Shown in pieces: positions 8,323-17,531 of a DNA stretch of 27,207 bases. The DNA lies in the IMG/VR virus record IMGVR_UViG_3300048850_000107, positions 1 through 27,207 of that record. One strand, written 5' to 3'. The translations under genes were made by a program, and so were the position numbers. Source of the DNA: a virus. Taxonomy: Duplodnaviria; Caudoviricetes. Each line of letters opens with the position of its first letter. Within the stretch, counting starts at the first letter, position 1. Below the pieces are notes generated by a model. It saw only the letters and a list, made by a program, of their open reading frames with translations. It was not told the origin of the DNA and did no database searches.

Positions 8323-9072
8323 CTAGCCGGCCGCTCCATCGAACACCAGAATAAGGGCGCACAAGAATGAACTGATCGCGAAAACGAAAATCGATCCGTA
8401 AATCAGGGCATTGCCCCAGACCAATGCTGGGTCAAGGTGGCGTTTAAGGTAACGGGACACGGCATATAGTTTCCTGTGTCGAGTGTTCCCCACCAAGGCA
8501 CCCCGGACCTTCCCAATCACCTCAAAAAGCTGATGGAAACAAATCACCTGTCCGCCGGCCATCATCAACAGACTGAGGACATTGCAAAAAACCATTATCT
8601 TTGCTGCGAGAAGTGCAGAAGGGTTCGGTTGAGTGACCTGCCCCGAGAGTATGGTCAAACAGGCAAGAATCGAGGCGCCGTTGATGAGTATCATTCCCCT
8701 CAGGGCTTCTAACGAAACCTGCCCTCCGTGGGTTATCGAGCGCTCATGCCACTCGAACCACAACCGCTTTAAGTCGTCGTTGAAAGCCCGACGATTTCGT
8801 ACGAAATCTTGGTTACAGTCGTGCAAGACCGACGCGGCCACCCAGTCGCGTTCCCAGTCGTACCGAGGATCTAAACATCTGTCCTCGAAGGTCAGCTTGC
8901 GACGAGCTTCTAGATAGGTCTCGAGACTCTCTACCGTCGCTTCTTCGTGCCAGCCGCGTTTCCACTGATCCAAAACGTGCTGCCAGCGAAGTTCTACACG
9001 CGCCCGGACGCTTAGTTCCTCTGGTGGAAGAGGCCGTTCTTCGTGTGATCCTTCGTTTGCCCCAGCTGCCAT
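8323..9072 (-). CDS. Hypothetical membrane protein, 249 aa (moron)
   Basis: GGGGG RBS before the ATG. Charged N-terminal half and three hydrophobic segments (GMILINGASILACLTIL; ALLAAKIMVFCNVLSLLMMAGG; ALIYGSIFVFAISSFLCALILVF). Confidence 0.75.
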   Translation of the reverse strand: MAAGANEGSHEERPLPPEELSVRARVELRWQHVLDQWKRGWHEEATVESLETYLEARRKLTFEDRCLDPRYDWERDWVAASVLHDCNQDFVRNRRAFNDDLKRLWFEWHERSITHGGQVSLEALRGMILINGASILACLTILSGQVTQPNPSALLAAKIMVFCNVLSLLMMAGGQVICFHQLFEVIGKVRGALVGNTRHRKLYAVSRYLKRHLDPALVWGNALIYGSIFVFAISSFLCALILVFDGAAG

Positions 9073-9156
9073 CGTACCCCCCGTGCGTCCTAAGTAGGAT
9101 GCAGAGGCTTTTTGTCCCAGGTCAAGACAGCTGAGCCAAACTCCCCAACCTGTTCT

Positions 9157-9486
9157 TTACCCTCCCTTCTCCACCCTGGCCCCGAACCACCGCATGAACA
9201 GAACCTCGGACCCGCGCGGCCCGAGATAGGCGAGTGCGGCGATCAATCCCGTCGCCATGGGTTGCTCCAGCGCCAGCCACGACGCCAGGGCCTCGCCGAT
9301 GAAGGCCATGCCGACGGCGATCGGCATTTCCCAGAGCAGCTCCTTACCGAAGAATTTCCGGCGCATCTTCCGGACTTCGTTTGTGTGCCACATCAGCCGC
9401 CCTACCAGCGCGCCAATCATGGTCGTCGCCGCGCCTCCGAACCAGGCGTTGAGAAGCTCGATCAATGACGAATATTTCTGCGACAT
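9157..9486 (-). CDS. Phage holin
   Basis: 109 aa with three hydrophobic segments and a LAYLGPRG motif; last gene of the lysis cassette. Confidence 0.8.
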   Translation of the reverse strand: MSQKYSSLIELLNAWFGGAATTMIGALVGRLMWHTNEVRKMRRKFFGKELLWEMPIAVGMAFIGEALASWLALEQPMATGLIAALAYLGPRGSEVLFMRWFGARVEKGG

Positions 9487-9846
9487 TCAGCGCCCTTCCC
9501 CGTGTCTAGCGCATTCCCCTTCCGTCCAGACTGCCGCGGCGCATATGCCGACGACGGTCCGATCTATCTTCCGCTGATCCGCCGGCGTCGCGCCGCGCGC
9601 GCCGATCAGGTCAGTCCCGACGACCCGGCGCAGCCCCGCGACATTTGCGGTCGCCGAAGTCCCACATGCGGCCCCCATCGAGGCAACGGTCAAAATCGCT
9701 GCGGTCAGCGTCCAAGCCGCGTCATTGTTCTGCCTTTCGATCGCGTCTTTGATGGAGCGGGCACCGTCCTCGCGGATCTCGATGACGACCCAGGTGATGG
9801 CGGCGAGCACGAGCACGCCGCCGAGGATCTTCGGCCAGTCGACCAT
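9487..9846 (-). CDS. Spanin locus: i-spanin N-terminus fused in frame to the o-spanin lipoprotein (119 aa); probably a frameshifted Rz/Rz1-like pair
   Basis: ATG 9846 overlaps the endolysin stop. It has an N-terminal TM (ILGGVLVLAAITWVVI), then a second hydrophobic stretch ending MGAAC (lipobox-like). An i-spanin-like tail DADRSDFDRCLDGGRMWDFGDRKC survives in the adjacent frame (stop 9611-9613). Confidence 0.7.
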   Translation of the reverse strand: MVDWPKILGGVLVLAAITWVVIEIREDGARSIKDAIERQNNDAAWTLTAAILTVASMGAACGTSATANVAGLRRVVGTDLIGARGATPADQRKIDRTVVGICAAAVWTEGECARHGEGR

Positions 9847-10667
9847 CACTTCAGCCCCAGGGCGCCGCGCACCGCCGGCATAGAGGTGATCGCGTAGACA
9901 GCGAAGCCGACGATGACGACGAGGATGGCGATCTGCACCCGCCAGTCGAGCGCCACCAGGTTCAGCTCCTTGAGCCCGGTGACGATCGTGCCGCCGGCCG
10001 TCAACAGCCATGTCCAGAAACGGCCGGATTTCCGCACCGGCTTGCGCGGCGGCTTAGGCGTCGGGAACGGCACGGGCGTTTCGAGTGGTTCCGCTTCGCT
10101 GCCGATCTCATGCGGCCGTCGCGCCACCTCGAGAATCTGCTTGAGCATCTCCTCGACCTTTTCCGGCTTCACCAAGGCCTTATTGACCCCATCGCCGGCG
10201 TAGTAGCTCTGCCCGCGTTTCAGATCGCGATGTGCTCCCTTGCACGAAACCAGCACCGGAAAGGACGCCCATTCCTTGGCCAGGTTCTCGGCAAACTGGA
10301 CGAGGCCGATCTTGCCAGTGATGAACTCCGGATAGCCGCGGCGCACGAGCAGCCGGTATCCGAGCCGGTCCTGCAGATCGGGCGTGAAGCGATCAGTGCC
10401 GCTGATCGAGTGGACCGCCTTTGCGAGATCGATCAGCGTCGCCCGCATGAACTGATAGCCGCCTGCAGCGCTGGAGCCGAACCGCTTCGACCAGCTCCTC
10501 TGCGCGTCGACGATTTCGCCATAGGTCATGGTCGTCAGCGGCTTCGGCAGCTTCGCCTGATTGTGGCCGTAGATCACGTCATAGGACGCGCGGTCGCTCC
10601 GCCCGACTTCCGTTTCACGGATGAAGTCGAGTAGGATCGCCGCGCCGGGAGGCACGGTTTTATCCAT
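9846..10667 (-). CDS. Endolysin, lambda R/GH104-like lysozyme fold, with Pro-rich linker and C-terminal hydrophobic helices
   Basis: FIRETE (candidate catalytic Glu), YDVIYG, SSAAGGYQF, FTPDLQD and EWASFP; AAAGGA RBS; located after the tail fibre. Confidence 0.85.
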   Translation of the reverse strand: MDKTVPPGAAILLDFIRETEVGRSDRASYDVIYGHNQAKLPKPLTTMTYGEIVDAQRSWSKRFGSSAAGGYQFMRATLIDLAKAVHSISGTDRFTPDLQDRLGYRLLVRRGYPEFITGKIGLVQFAENLAKEWASFPVLVSCKGAHRDLKRGQSYYAGDGVNKALVKPEKVEEMLKQILEVARRPHEIGSEAEPLETPVPFPTPKPPRKPVRKSGRFWTWLLTAGGTIVTGLKELNLVALDWRVQIAILVVIVGFAVYAITSMPAVRGALGLK

Positions 10668-10719
10668 CTGATTTTCCTTTGTGGTGGGAAGGTGATCTGC
10701 CCTTCAGGACAGAGTGGTT

Positions 10720-12837
10720 TCAGGCTAGCGCCAGGTGTTGCTCGATCGCTGAGAGGCGCGAGGCCATATCTGCATTGGCTGCCTTAAGCGCCTCGATCTC
10801 TTCGCCCTGGAGCATGTTCTTGTGAATGACGCACTGTAGCGCCGCGACGATATCCGCAGTGATCAGACCGTAGTCCATCGTTTGAAAAACCGGCGCAGCA
10901 CCCGTTTTCTCGAATGTCGCGCCAGCCGTTACCCCGTCACGGCGCACACCTTCGTTGATCACTTCCGGAACGGTTACAGTTCTCGTGACGGTGTTGCCGT
11001 CTTCATCGACAAATTCGACTTCCGTTTCATAGGACGGAATAATTTCCCGTCCGATGTCAACCATTCCGTCCTTCTCACCAGTGACCGCATGAGGAACGAC
11101 CTGCTGCGCCTCGTGAGCGATGAAGCCCGTCACAACCCCTTTTTCCGGCGCGTCGTTCCACCTGTGAAATACCGGACGCAACGCCATAATCTTTAGTTCG
11201 GCATTGTCCAGAATGTCGAACTGTTCCGGCGTAAGCGAAAATGTAACGATTGGCTGAACATCGTTTTTCAGCCGGTGATCCGATGTTGTACTGTAGGTCG
11301 TCCCCGTCGTGGTTACGCTAATGCTGCCGACACTGGCGTTTGAGCGGCTATAAAACTCTTGCAACACACCGTCAGTGGTCAGTCGGCCTTGAATAAACGG
11401 GTTATAACCGTCCGACCGACGCCAAACACGCCCCGTCCCTCGAACACAGAAACCGGTTGTTGTCCCTGTTGACGGGTCGATTGTTGTGGTGGTTCCCCAT
11501 AGTAAATCACCATTGACTTCCTCGATCCTGCCCTTTTCTGAGCTGTTGATCCGAAAGGTGATCGAATGCGCTGAGAGTGTCGATAGATTGATAGAGGTAG
11601 GGGAAGCCTCTAGCCTTCCTTCCATCCCGCTCCGCCTTAGAGCGAGAGAATTATAGCTCGCCCCGGCATCGAGGAAAATGCTCCCCGATGAGGTGAACCC
11701 GTTGAACGTATTCCCCGAGCTAGTCCAAGCATTCGCACCGTTTAGCGCCGGGGTCATTATCCACGGGTCCCACGTTACCCCGTCGTTTGACCAACGCGTA
11801 TATTCAAACCCGCCGTGCAAAAGCCCTTGCACCCAACGATTATTGAATTTCCGAGCCATAACCCAAAGCATAGCGGTATACCCGGAACCGGCTGCACCGC
11901 TTGGCCCATTAGTCCATGTTCCAGCAATGGTATAAACGCCGGGGACGGTGATCGTGTTAAAATTACCATCCACCATTCCCACGCCAGCCTCAGACGGGGC
12001 GGGGGCGGAGCCTCCAAATGTTGGACCTAACGTACCCGTGCCGTTAAGTAGATCGAGCACGGTATTTTTTGAGAGGATATTAAGACCGGTTGCGCCCGCA
12101 TCGTTTGTCGTCAGATTTTCAACCCAAGCGCCCCAGGTGGTTCCGCCGTCAATGGTTACACGCGTGAACGTTCTAGGGTCACCTACCGTGCTGGTCGTCA
12201 TAATTTGGTGAGCAATTTGTGAAGTGCGGCGGAGAACGATCATCGTGCCGAAACTTCCGGCAGGGTCTAATGGCCCGCCCTGGCCCGCGTTTGCCGAGAC
12301 GTAGTAAAAGCCCGTGTACACGTTGGTTAGGTCATTAAGCGTGACATTCGGATAGGGCATACCGCCTTGAAGGCTCAAAGCGCCAAGCCCGAACGCTCCG
12401 ACCTTCATCAACGCGTTCGCCGTCGCGTCACCGAGAGCGCTTTGCACCGGGACAAGGGACATTGCTTGCGCGCTGGTAAAATACGGAACGCGGTTTGCCG
12501 CGCCGGTAATCTCGGCCAGGGCAGTAAGCGTCGAATTGTCGAGCCGTTGGATATAGGTCGAGAGCGCCTGCGCATTGACGGTCTGCTGCTGCAGATAGGC
12601 AGTGTCGCGGACAATCCAGTAGCCCTGCCCGGCCGCCGTCGTGCCACGCCACGGCTTGGCGAGCGTCAGCTGGGTGTTGCTGTCGACGGACAGGATCGGG
12701 ACAGGGTTTCCGTTGCTGCTGTCGAGACCGAAGAGCCCGCCGGCAACCAATGCCGTGGCCCAGGCGGTTCCGGAGCCGGTGACAACGGCGCTGCCGGCGG
12801 TCACGGAAACCGTGCCCGTCACATAGGGTATGGTCAT
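10720..12837 (-). CDS. Tail fibre with two knob-like repeats and a C-terminal intramolecular chaperone (peptidase S74)
   Basis: N-terminal anchor GTVSVTAGSAVVTGSGTAW. Repeats LNDLTNVYTGFYY...TWGAW and FNTITVPGVY...TWDPW. Autocleavage motif TTSDHRLKNDV, then GFIAHEAQQVVP, MDYGLIT and a terminal coiled coil. Confidence 0.9.
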   Translation of the reverse strand: MTIPYVTGTVSVTAGSAVVTGSGTAWATALVAGGLFGLDSSNGNPVPILSVDSNTQLTLAKPWRGTTAAGQGYWIVRDTAYLQQQTVNAQALSTYIQRLDNSTLTALAEITGAANRVPYFTSAQAMSLVPVQSALGDATANALMKVGAFGLGALSLQGGMPYPNVTLNDLTNVYTGFYYVSANAGQGGPLDPAGSFGTMIVLRRTSQIAHQIMTTSTVGDPRTFTRVTIDGGTTWGAWVENLTTNDAGATGLNILSKNTVLDLLNGTGTLGPTFGGSAPAPSEAGVGMVDGNFNTITVPGVYTIAGTWTNGPSGAAGSGYTAMLWVMARKFNNRWVQGLLHGGFEYTRWSNDGVTWDPWIMTPALNGANAWTSSGNTFNGFTSSGSIFLDAGASYNSLALRRSGMEGRLEASPTSINLSTLSAHSITFRINSSEKGRIEEVNGDLLWGTTTTIDPSTGTTTGFCVRGTGRVWRRSDGYNPFIQGRLTTDGVLQEFYSRSNASVGSISVTTTGTTYSTTSDHRLKNDVQPIVTFSLTPEQFDILDNAELKIMALRPVFHRWNDAPEKGVVTGFIAHEAQQVVPHAVTGEKDGMVDIGREIIPSYETEVEFVDEDGNTVTRTVTVPEVINEGVRRDGVTAGATFEKTGAAPVFQTMDYGLITADIVAALQCVIHKNMLQGEEIEALKAANADMASRLSAIEQHLALA

Positions 12838-12848
12838 GTCAGATTTTC

Positions 12849-14351
12849 CTAAGCTGGGATGCCAAAGATGTAGTAGCGAATGCCCAACGGCGGATCAGCG
12901 CCGTCGGTGTGCCATTCGAAATCATCGCCTTCGTAGTAATCGCCGACATTGCCGCGAAAGGTGCGGAACCTCGCGTTGTTCGCCGTCAATTCGCAGTAGG
13001 TGCTGTTGCCCGTGTGAGATTGCCCCTGATACCCGTATTTCAGGATATCCAGGAAGGGCATGCGCACCCGGTTCTGCCACGACGAGTTGGTGTTAAAGTT
13101 GCTCCCGCCGCCGTGATAGGTCATGTATTTGACCATTGGGAACATGCCGGCTCCGTCGAAGGGGATATCGACAACGTTGCCGTTCCCGGACGTGACGTTG
13201 AAATAGCCCTCCGCCAGGATTTGCACCTGCGGCCAGCGCGTATCTATGATGATGTCGGCCCACGAGGGGGGATTGCCGGCCCCGGGTCTGAGGAATTGCA
13301 CGACGTCTTGCGTTCCGTCGTTGAATTGACGAAGGACGTTATACATCCCGGACGTCGGCGCGCTATTATCCTCCAGATACAACATGAACCGAGCGCGCAT
13401 CGCCTGTGTCGCATCGAAATAGATGCGCGTTCCGTCGAACCAGTATTCGGCACCGAATTTCAAATCCACGGGGTTGTTCGGGTACATAATCGTTGAACCC
13501 GTGTAGAAATGCACGTCTAGTGCGACATTATCTGTCACGGGAAACCCGCACTCATAGAAAGATTGACCGGACGGGAGCGCTATATCTGCGGCTCTAATGA
13601 CCTTGACCGGTAAACGGGTGCTGTCAAACGCAAGCTGTGCGTAAGTCGCGGTATCGACATTGTATCCAGGCTTTGCAATCTTTAGTGCGTTATTCGCAAA
13701 CCGGATAGTTTTAGTACCGTTTGGCGCCAAAACGGGAGCATCAGCAATAGGGGTGTTATCTCCTGGTAAATCCCAAACGACGAGACGACGATAACGAGTC
13801 TTGAATGGGTTAAATTCAGTTGGATCATCGTTTTGGTTAATTGTCACGGCGGTACAGAAATCAGAAGCCCAACTAGTGCCATTCGGGTATTCATCCGCAT
13901 TGATTAGCCAACTTCCTTGGTCTCGGTTACCGGTAAAATAAGAGCCACCCCGCCCCGCGCGATATTTGCTCTTATCCTCCCAATCAACCATATTTTGGTT
14001 ATATCGGATGCTGCCGTTACCCTTTCGTTGTTTCCAATCAAACAGCGGCACATTGTACCGGAGCTTTGGGAAGAACGATTTATCATAAATCCAAATGCTT
14101 TCGCTTGAACTGCCAAATTCCAGAGTCTGGAAATCGAAACGAGACGCGCCCGCCGGGGTCGTGCGAATTCCGCTACCGCCGAACGTGTTGCAAACCGTAA
14201 TGTCGGCAATTTCCATGTTCGCGAATTTGGAATTGTAGAGAAACTTCGACCGCTGGCTGTCCGGCGTGGTGCGCGGATCGTCGGCGTTGCTTTTCGTGAT
14301 TTTGAGGCAGCCTGCACCGGCCGAATCCGGGCCAATCATTGTGCGAACCAT
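12849..14351 (-). CDS. Putative tail-tip/receptor-binding structural protein, 500 aa
   Basis: Translationally coupled to the J-like gene; beta-rich and aromatic-rich; lies between the central tail protein and the fibre. Confidence 0.7.
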   Translation of the reverse strand: MVRTMIGPDSAGAGCLKITKSNADDPRTTPDSQRSKFLYNSKFANMEIADITVCNTFGGSGIRTTPAGASRFDFQTLEFGSSSESIWIYDKSFFPKLRYNVPLFDWKQRKGNGSIRYNQNMVDWEDKSKYRAGRGGSYFTGNRDQGSWLINADEYPNGTSWASDFCTAVTINQNDDPTEFNPFKTRYRRLVVWDLPGDNTPIADAPVLAPNGTKTIRFANNALKIAKPGYNVDTATYAQLAFDSTRLPVKVIRAADIALPSGQSFYECGFPVTDNVALDVHFYTGSTIMYPNNPVDLKFGAEYWFDGTRIYFDATQAMRARFMLYLEDNSAPTSGMYNVLRQFNDGTQDVVQFLRPGAGNPPSWADIIIDTRWPQVQILAEGYFNVTSGNGNVVDIPFDGAGMFPMVKYMTYHGGGSNFNTNSSWQNRVRMPFLDILKYGYQGQSHTGNSTYCELTANNARFRTFRGNVGDYYEGDDFEWHTDGADPPLGIRYYIFGIPA

Positions 14352-17098
14352 CAGCTAAAGATCTCGATCGTGCCGTTGTTGAGGTTGATTTTCATTTTGC
14401 CGTTCAGTGACTGGAGCAGACCAGCCGTGACCGTTCCGATGTTGGCAATTGCCAGCTTCAGCTCGCCGTTCTCGAAGACCATCGGGTAATGGCGGCTGTT
14501 CCCTGATGTGACGAGGAACTGATCCGCCTGGACCGCCATGCGCGATTTCTGGACGCCGCCTTCGGTGTAAAGCTCGACATAGAAGCCCGACACCTTGAAG
14601 CTCTGGTTAGTCCCAGCCCGTAGCAACACCGAGAAACGCGCATCGACGCCGGTCGGCGCCGCAACTGCTTCGAATTTCACCAGGCCCTGCGCAAAGCGCC
14701 CGTTAAAATCGGCGCTCACCCCATTAATGCTGGTCGCAAGTGAACTGTCTCCATCAGCGCGCGCGGTCTCTTCCTGGATTAGCCGTGCAAGATTGCCATC
14801 AACTTCCGCATCGAGGCTGGTGATCTGGGTAGAGAGTGCGCTGTCGGCATTAGCGCGCGCGGTAGCCTCTGTCTGAATGGCCGCAGCGTTATTTCCGGTT
14901 TCGGCCGTGAGCTGCGTGATCTGGCTGCTCAGCGCCGAATCTGCCGTCGCACGCACGGTCTCCTCATTAATCAGTCGGGCATTCGTGGTGCCAAGGCTGG
15001 CCTGCAGGTACCTCAGCAACTGAGCCGTCGCCTCGTTCTCCGAAACGCGGACGCGCCGCTCCTCGGTGATCTGCGCCAACGCGTCACCCAGAGAGGCAAC
15101 GATCTGCTGCCGCTCGATCTGCCCGACGGCACCCTCGAGAGAGAATGCGTCGAGCAGCTCGACGAGCCGCGGCCGGAAGAACTCGTCCATCTCCTGCTGC
15201 AGTTCCTTGAAGCGGTTAAGCGCATCGTCCTGCAGCTGCTGCAGGCCAGTCAGCAGCGTCTGCAAACCGGTCGCCTGCGCCGTCGTCTTCCACGGCGTGT
15301 AGGTGCGCAGCCGGTCCGGAACCGTCGTGATCGTCGCCCGGGCATTGTAGACCTTGCCGGAAACGACGTTCTTCGTGGTGCGGAACAGACCGTCCTCGGG
15401 CGAGGTGCACTGATCCTCGAACAGCTCCGTCGTGCCCTCGATCTGATAGGAGAAGCGCACCGCCGTGATCGTCGGATCGTCCGGCGGGGTCCAGGTGAAG
15501 ACGAGCGCCGGCGTGTCGTAGCCCTGCGCACCGTTGATCATGCCGACGGCAACATTGAAGTTCTGCACCGTCGACAAGAGCGACGGGTTGATCGGCGGCG
15601 TCGGCGGGATGACGATCGGGCCCGGCGCAATGCCGGCGTCGTCATAGATCTCTGCACTGGTCTCGGAGAGCACCAACGTGATGCGCAGCCGATCATCGGC
15701 CCGCCATTCGCTGATCAGCCAGCTCTTGCCCCGCCAGGTGATCCACTCGCCTTCCTGCACCGCAAGGCCGAAACGACGGCTGACGGGAACCGTGGCCTTG
15801 CCGCCCATGCGGTTCTGCCGATAACGGATGTTGAGCAGATACTGCGCAATGTCCGGATCGGTCACCTGCAGGAAATCGACGCTCGTCTGCCTGTTCCGGC
15901 CGTCGGCGGCGATGTCGGCGTTCACATAGACCGGCTTCAGGCTTTCCGGGTTCCACATCGATTCGATTGAGGTGAACTGGCCGGACAAGTGGTTGAAGCG
16001 TTCGAATGCCGACGGCCGGAACTGCACGTCCTTCGCCCGGTCGATCGGGATATCGGCCGCAGTCAGATCCTTGACCGGGATCTGCGGCGCGCCGGGAATG
16101 ACGCCGGAGAGACCGCGGCGGTTGAGCCCGTAGCCGGCCATGGCGTCGTCGAACTGCTTCAGCACTTCGGTGTGATCATCGTCGCCGCTGACGAAGACCG
16201 AGCACTCATAGGTCTTCTTGCCGTTCGTCCGCAGCGTGTCGCAGACGTTCATCGCCACGAAATAGGTGGCGAGATCGATCTGGCCGAGGCTCTTGCCCTC
16301 GCCGATCAGCGTCCGGCCCGAGATCAGCGCGCGCAGCCCCAGCTGATAGTTGAGGCGGTGCACGGCCGGGTTCTTCGTGTGCACCCAGGTCGAGGGCGTG
16401 CTGAGCCGCTGCGGGCCGGAGCCGCCCGCAACCGTCGAGTCCTTGCGCGGATCGTATTCGCGAAGCCCGCGCAGCACGAATTCAAGTTCCGGCCGGCCCT
16501 TCGAGCCGAAGAGCTTGTCGCTATAGATGCGCTCGACGACGACGTAGCAGATGCCCGCATTGACGCTCGTGCTCTTCCACTTGTTGCCCAGAGTAGCGGT
16601 GACGTCGACGAGCTTCTGATCGACCAGTTGGCCCGGCCTGCCATCATAAAAGCGGATCGTCAGGACCGGGTCGCCAGAGCCGTTGACGAAGCCGTCAATA
16701 TGATAGTTCGCGACCTCGTTGCCGATGACCGGCCGGGACACGAGCGCTTTCTTCTCACCGTAAATGTAGACGTAGGGCTCCAGCCCGTCGCACCAGCCGT
16801 TCGCGAGCACGAAGACCTCGGCATTCCATTTGTTGCCGCTGCCCCATTTGGCATAGAAAGTCCGCTGCCCCTTGGTCTTGCCGACGCCATAGAGGGTGCC
16901 GACCGGCACGTCGCCGCCGAACTGGATTTCGCCCTGTACGGCCGTGTAGGTGCGCTTCTGCTGCTTCTGCTGGGTGATCTTGCCGATCGCCAGCTTCGCA
17001 CCGAAGGCAAGCGCGCCGCCGATGAGGCTGGCAGCGAGCGCAGAGCCGCCGAACAGCGCACCGGCGATCGCCGTCGCAATAGAAGTAAAGATTGCCAT
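14351..17098 (-). CDS. Central tail tip / host-specificity protein (lambda J-like), 915 aa
   Basis: TipJ-like N-terminus (YGVGKTKG, LRGLREYDPRKD, TKNPA), an FN3-like segment, coiled-coil repeats and a J-like C-terminus (SRMAVQADQFLV..NIGTVTAGLLQS..GKMKINL). Confidence 0.85.
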   Translation of the reverse strand: MAIFTSIATAIAGALFGGSALAASLIGGALAFGAKLAIGKITQQKQQKRTYTAVQGEIQFGGDVPVGTLYGVGKTKGQRTFYAKWGSGNKWNAEVFVLANGWCDGLEPYVYIYGEKKALVSRPVIGNEVANYHIDGFVNGSGDPVLTIRFYDGRPGQLVDQKLVDVTATLGNKWKSTSVNAGICYVVVERIYSDKLFGSKGRPELEFVLRGLREYDPRKDSTVAGGSGPQRLSTPSTWVHTKNPAVHRLNYQLGLRALISGRTLIGEGKSLGQIDLATYFVAMNVCDTLRTNGKKTYECSVFVSGDDDHTEVLKQFDDAMAGYGLNRRGLSGVIPGAPQIPVKDLTAADIPIDRAKDVQFRPSAFERFNHLSGQFTSIESMWNPESLKPVYVNADIAADGRNRQTSVDFLQVTDPDIAQYLLNIRYRQNRMGGKATVPVSRRFGLAVQEGEWITWRGKSWLISEWRADDRLRITLVLSETSAEIYDDAGIAPGPIVIPPTPPINPSLLSTVQNFNVAVGMINGAQGYDTPALVFTWTPPDDPTITAVRFSYQIEGTTELFEDQCTSPEDGLFRTTKNVVSGKVYNARATITTVPDRLRTYTPWKTTAQATGLQTLLTGLQQLQDDALNRFKELQQEMDEFFRPRLVELLDAFSLEGAVGQIERQQIVASLGDALAQITEERRVRVSENEATAQLLRYLQASLGTTNARLINEETVRATADSALSSQITQLTAETGNNAAAIQTEATARANADSALSTQITSLDAEVDGNLARLIQEETARADGDSSLATSINGVSADFNGRFAQGLVKFEAVAAPTGVDARFSVLLRAGTNQSFKVSGFYVELYTEGGVQKSRMAVQADQFLVTSGNSRHYPMVFENGELKLAIANIGTVTAGLLQSLNGKMKINLNNGTIEIFS

Positions 17099-17104
17099 GT
17101 CAGC

Positions 17105-17509
17105 TTATCCGAGGTGAAAGGCGGCAATGACGTCGGCGAGACCGTGATCGCTCCGGCCGCGCTCGGTCTTGGTCACGAAGCGAGCACCGAGGCAGACGCC
17201 GACATGCTCGGCGCCGTCGGAAAGGCGCAGGATGACGAGATCGCCAAGGCGCGCTTCCGCCGCACCCTTCGGCTCCTGGCCGAGCTCGGTCGCGAAGAAG
17301 CTCACCAGCGACGAGTGCCCGCGCCGGCGCAGCGCCCGCTGCGCGCCGGCGAGCGTGCGGTAGGCGCCCCGATACCTCTCGGCCACCGCCGAGCCCGTCA
17401 GCGCGTCGATGAAGGCGCAGCCGAGCATGAAACAATCGGCCGAGCCGTAGGCATAGGGTTTCGCAAGCTCACGCGCGAGCGTGGCTTCAACGATGCGGAA
17501 GCGATTCAT
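17105..17509 (-). CDS. Tail tip NlpC/P60-like protein
   Basis: PYAYGSADC and GDLV..EHVGVCLG Cys/His pattern; lambda K position before J. Confidence 0.8.
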   Translation of the reverse strand: MNRFRIVEATLARELAKPYAYGSADCFMLGCAFIDALTGSAVAERYRGAYRTLAGAQRALRRRGHSSLVSFFATELGQEPKGAAEARLGDLVILRLSDGAEHVGVCLGARFVTKTERGRSDHGLADVIAAFHLG

Positions 17510-17531
17510 GGCTATCCCTGAAGGTCAGAAA

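Noticed and set aside
10720-14351. Diversity-generating retroelement or invertible tail-fibre cassette
   Set aside because: No reverse transcriptase, invertase, template/variable repeat pair or inverted fibre copy is visible in the window.
15989-17521. Long + strand ORFs antisense to structural genes (510 aa here; also 24105-25385 and 25920-26870)
   Set aside because: Shadow ORFs typical of high-GC coding sequence, fully overlapping well-supported minus-strand genes.
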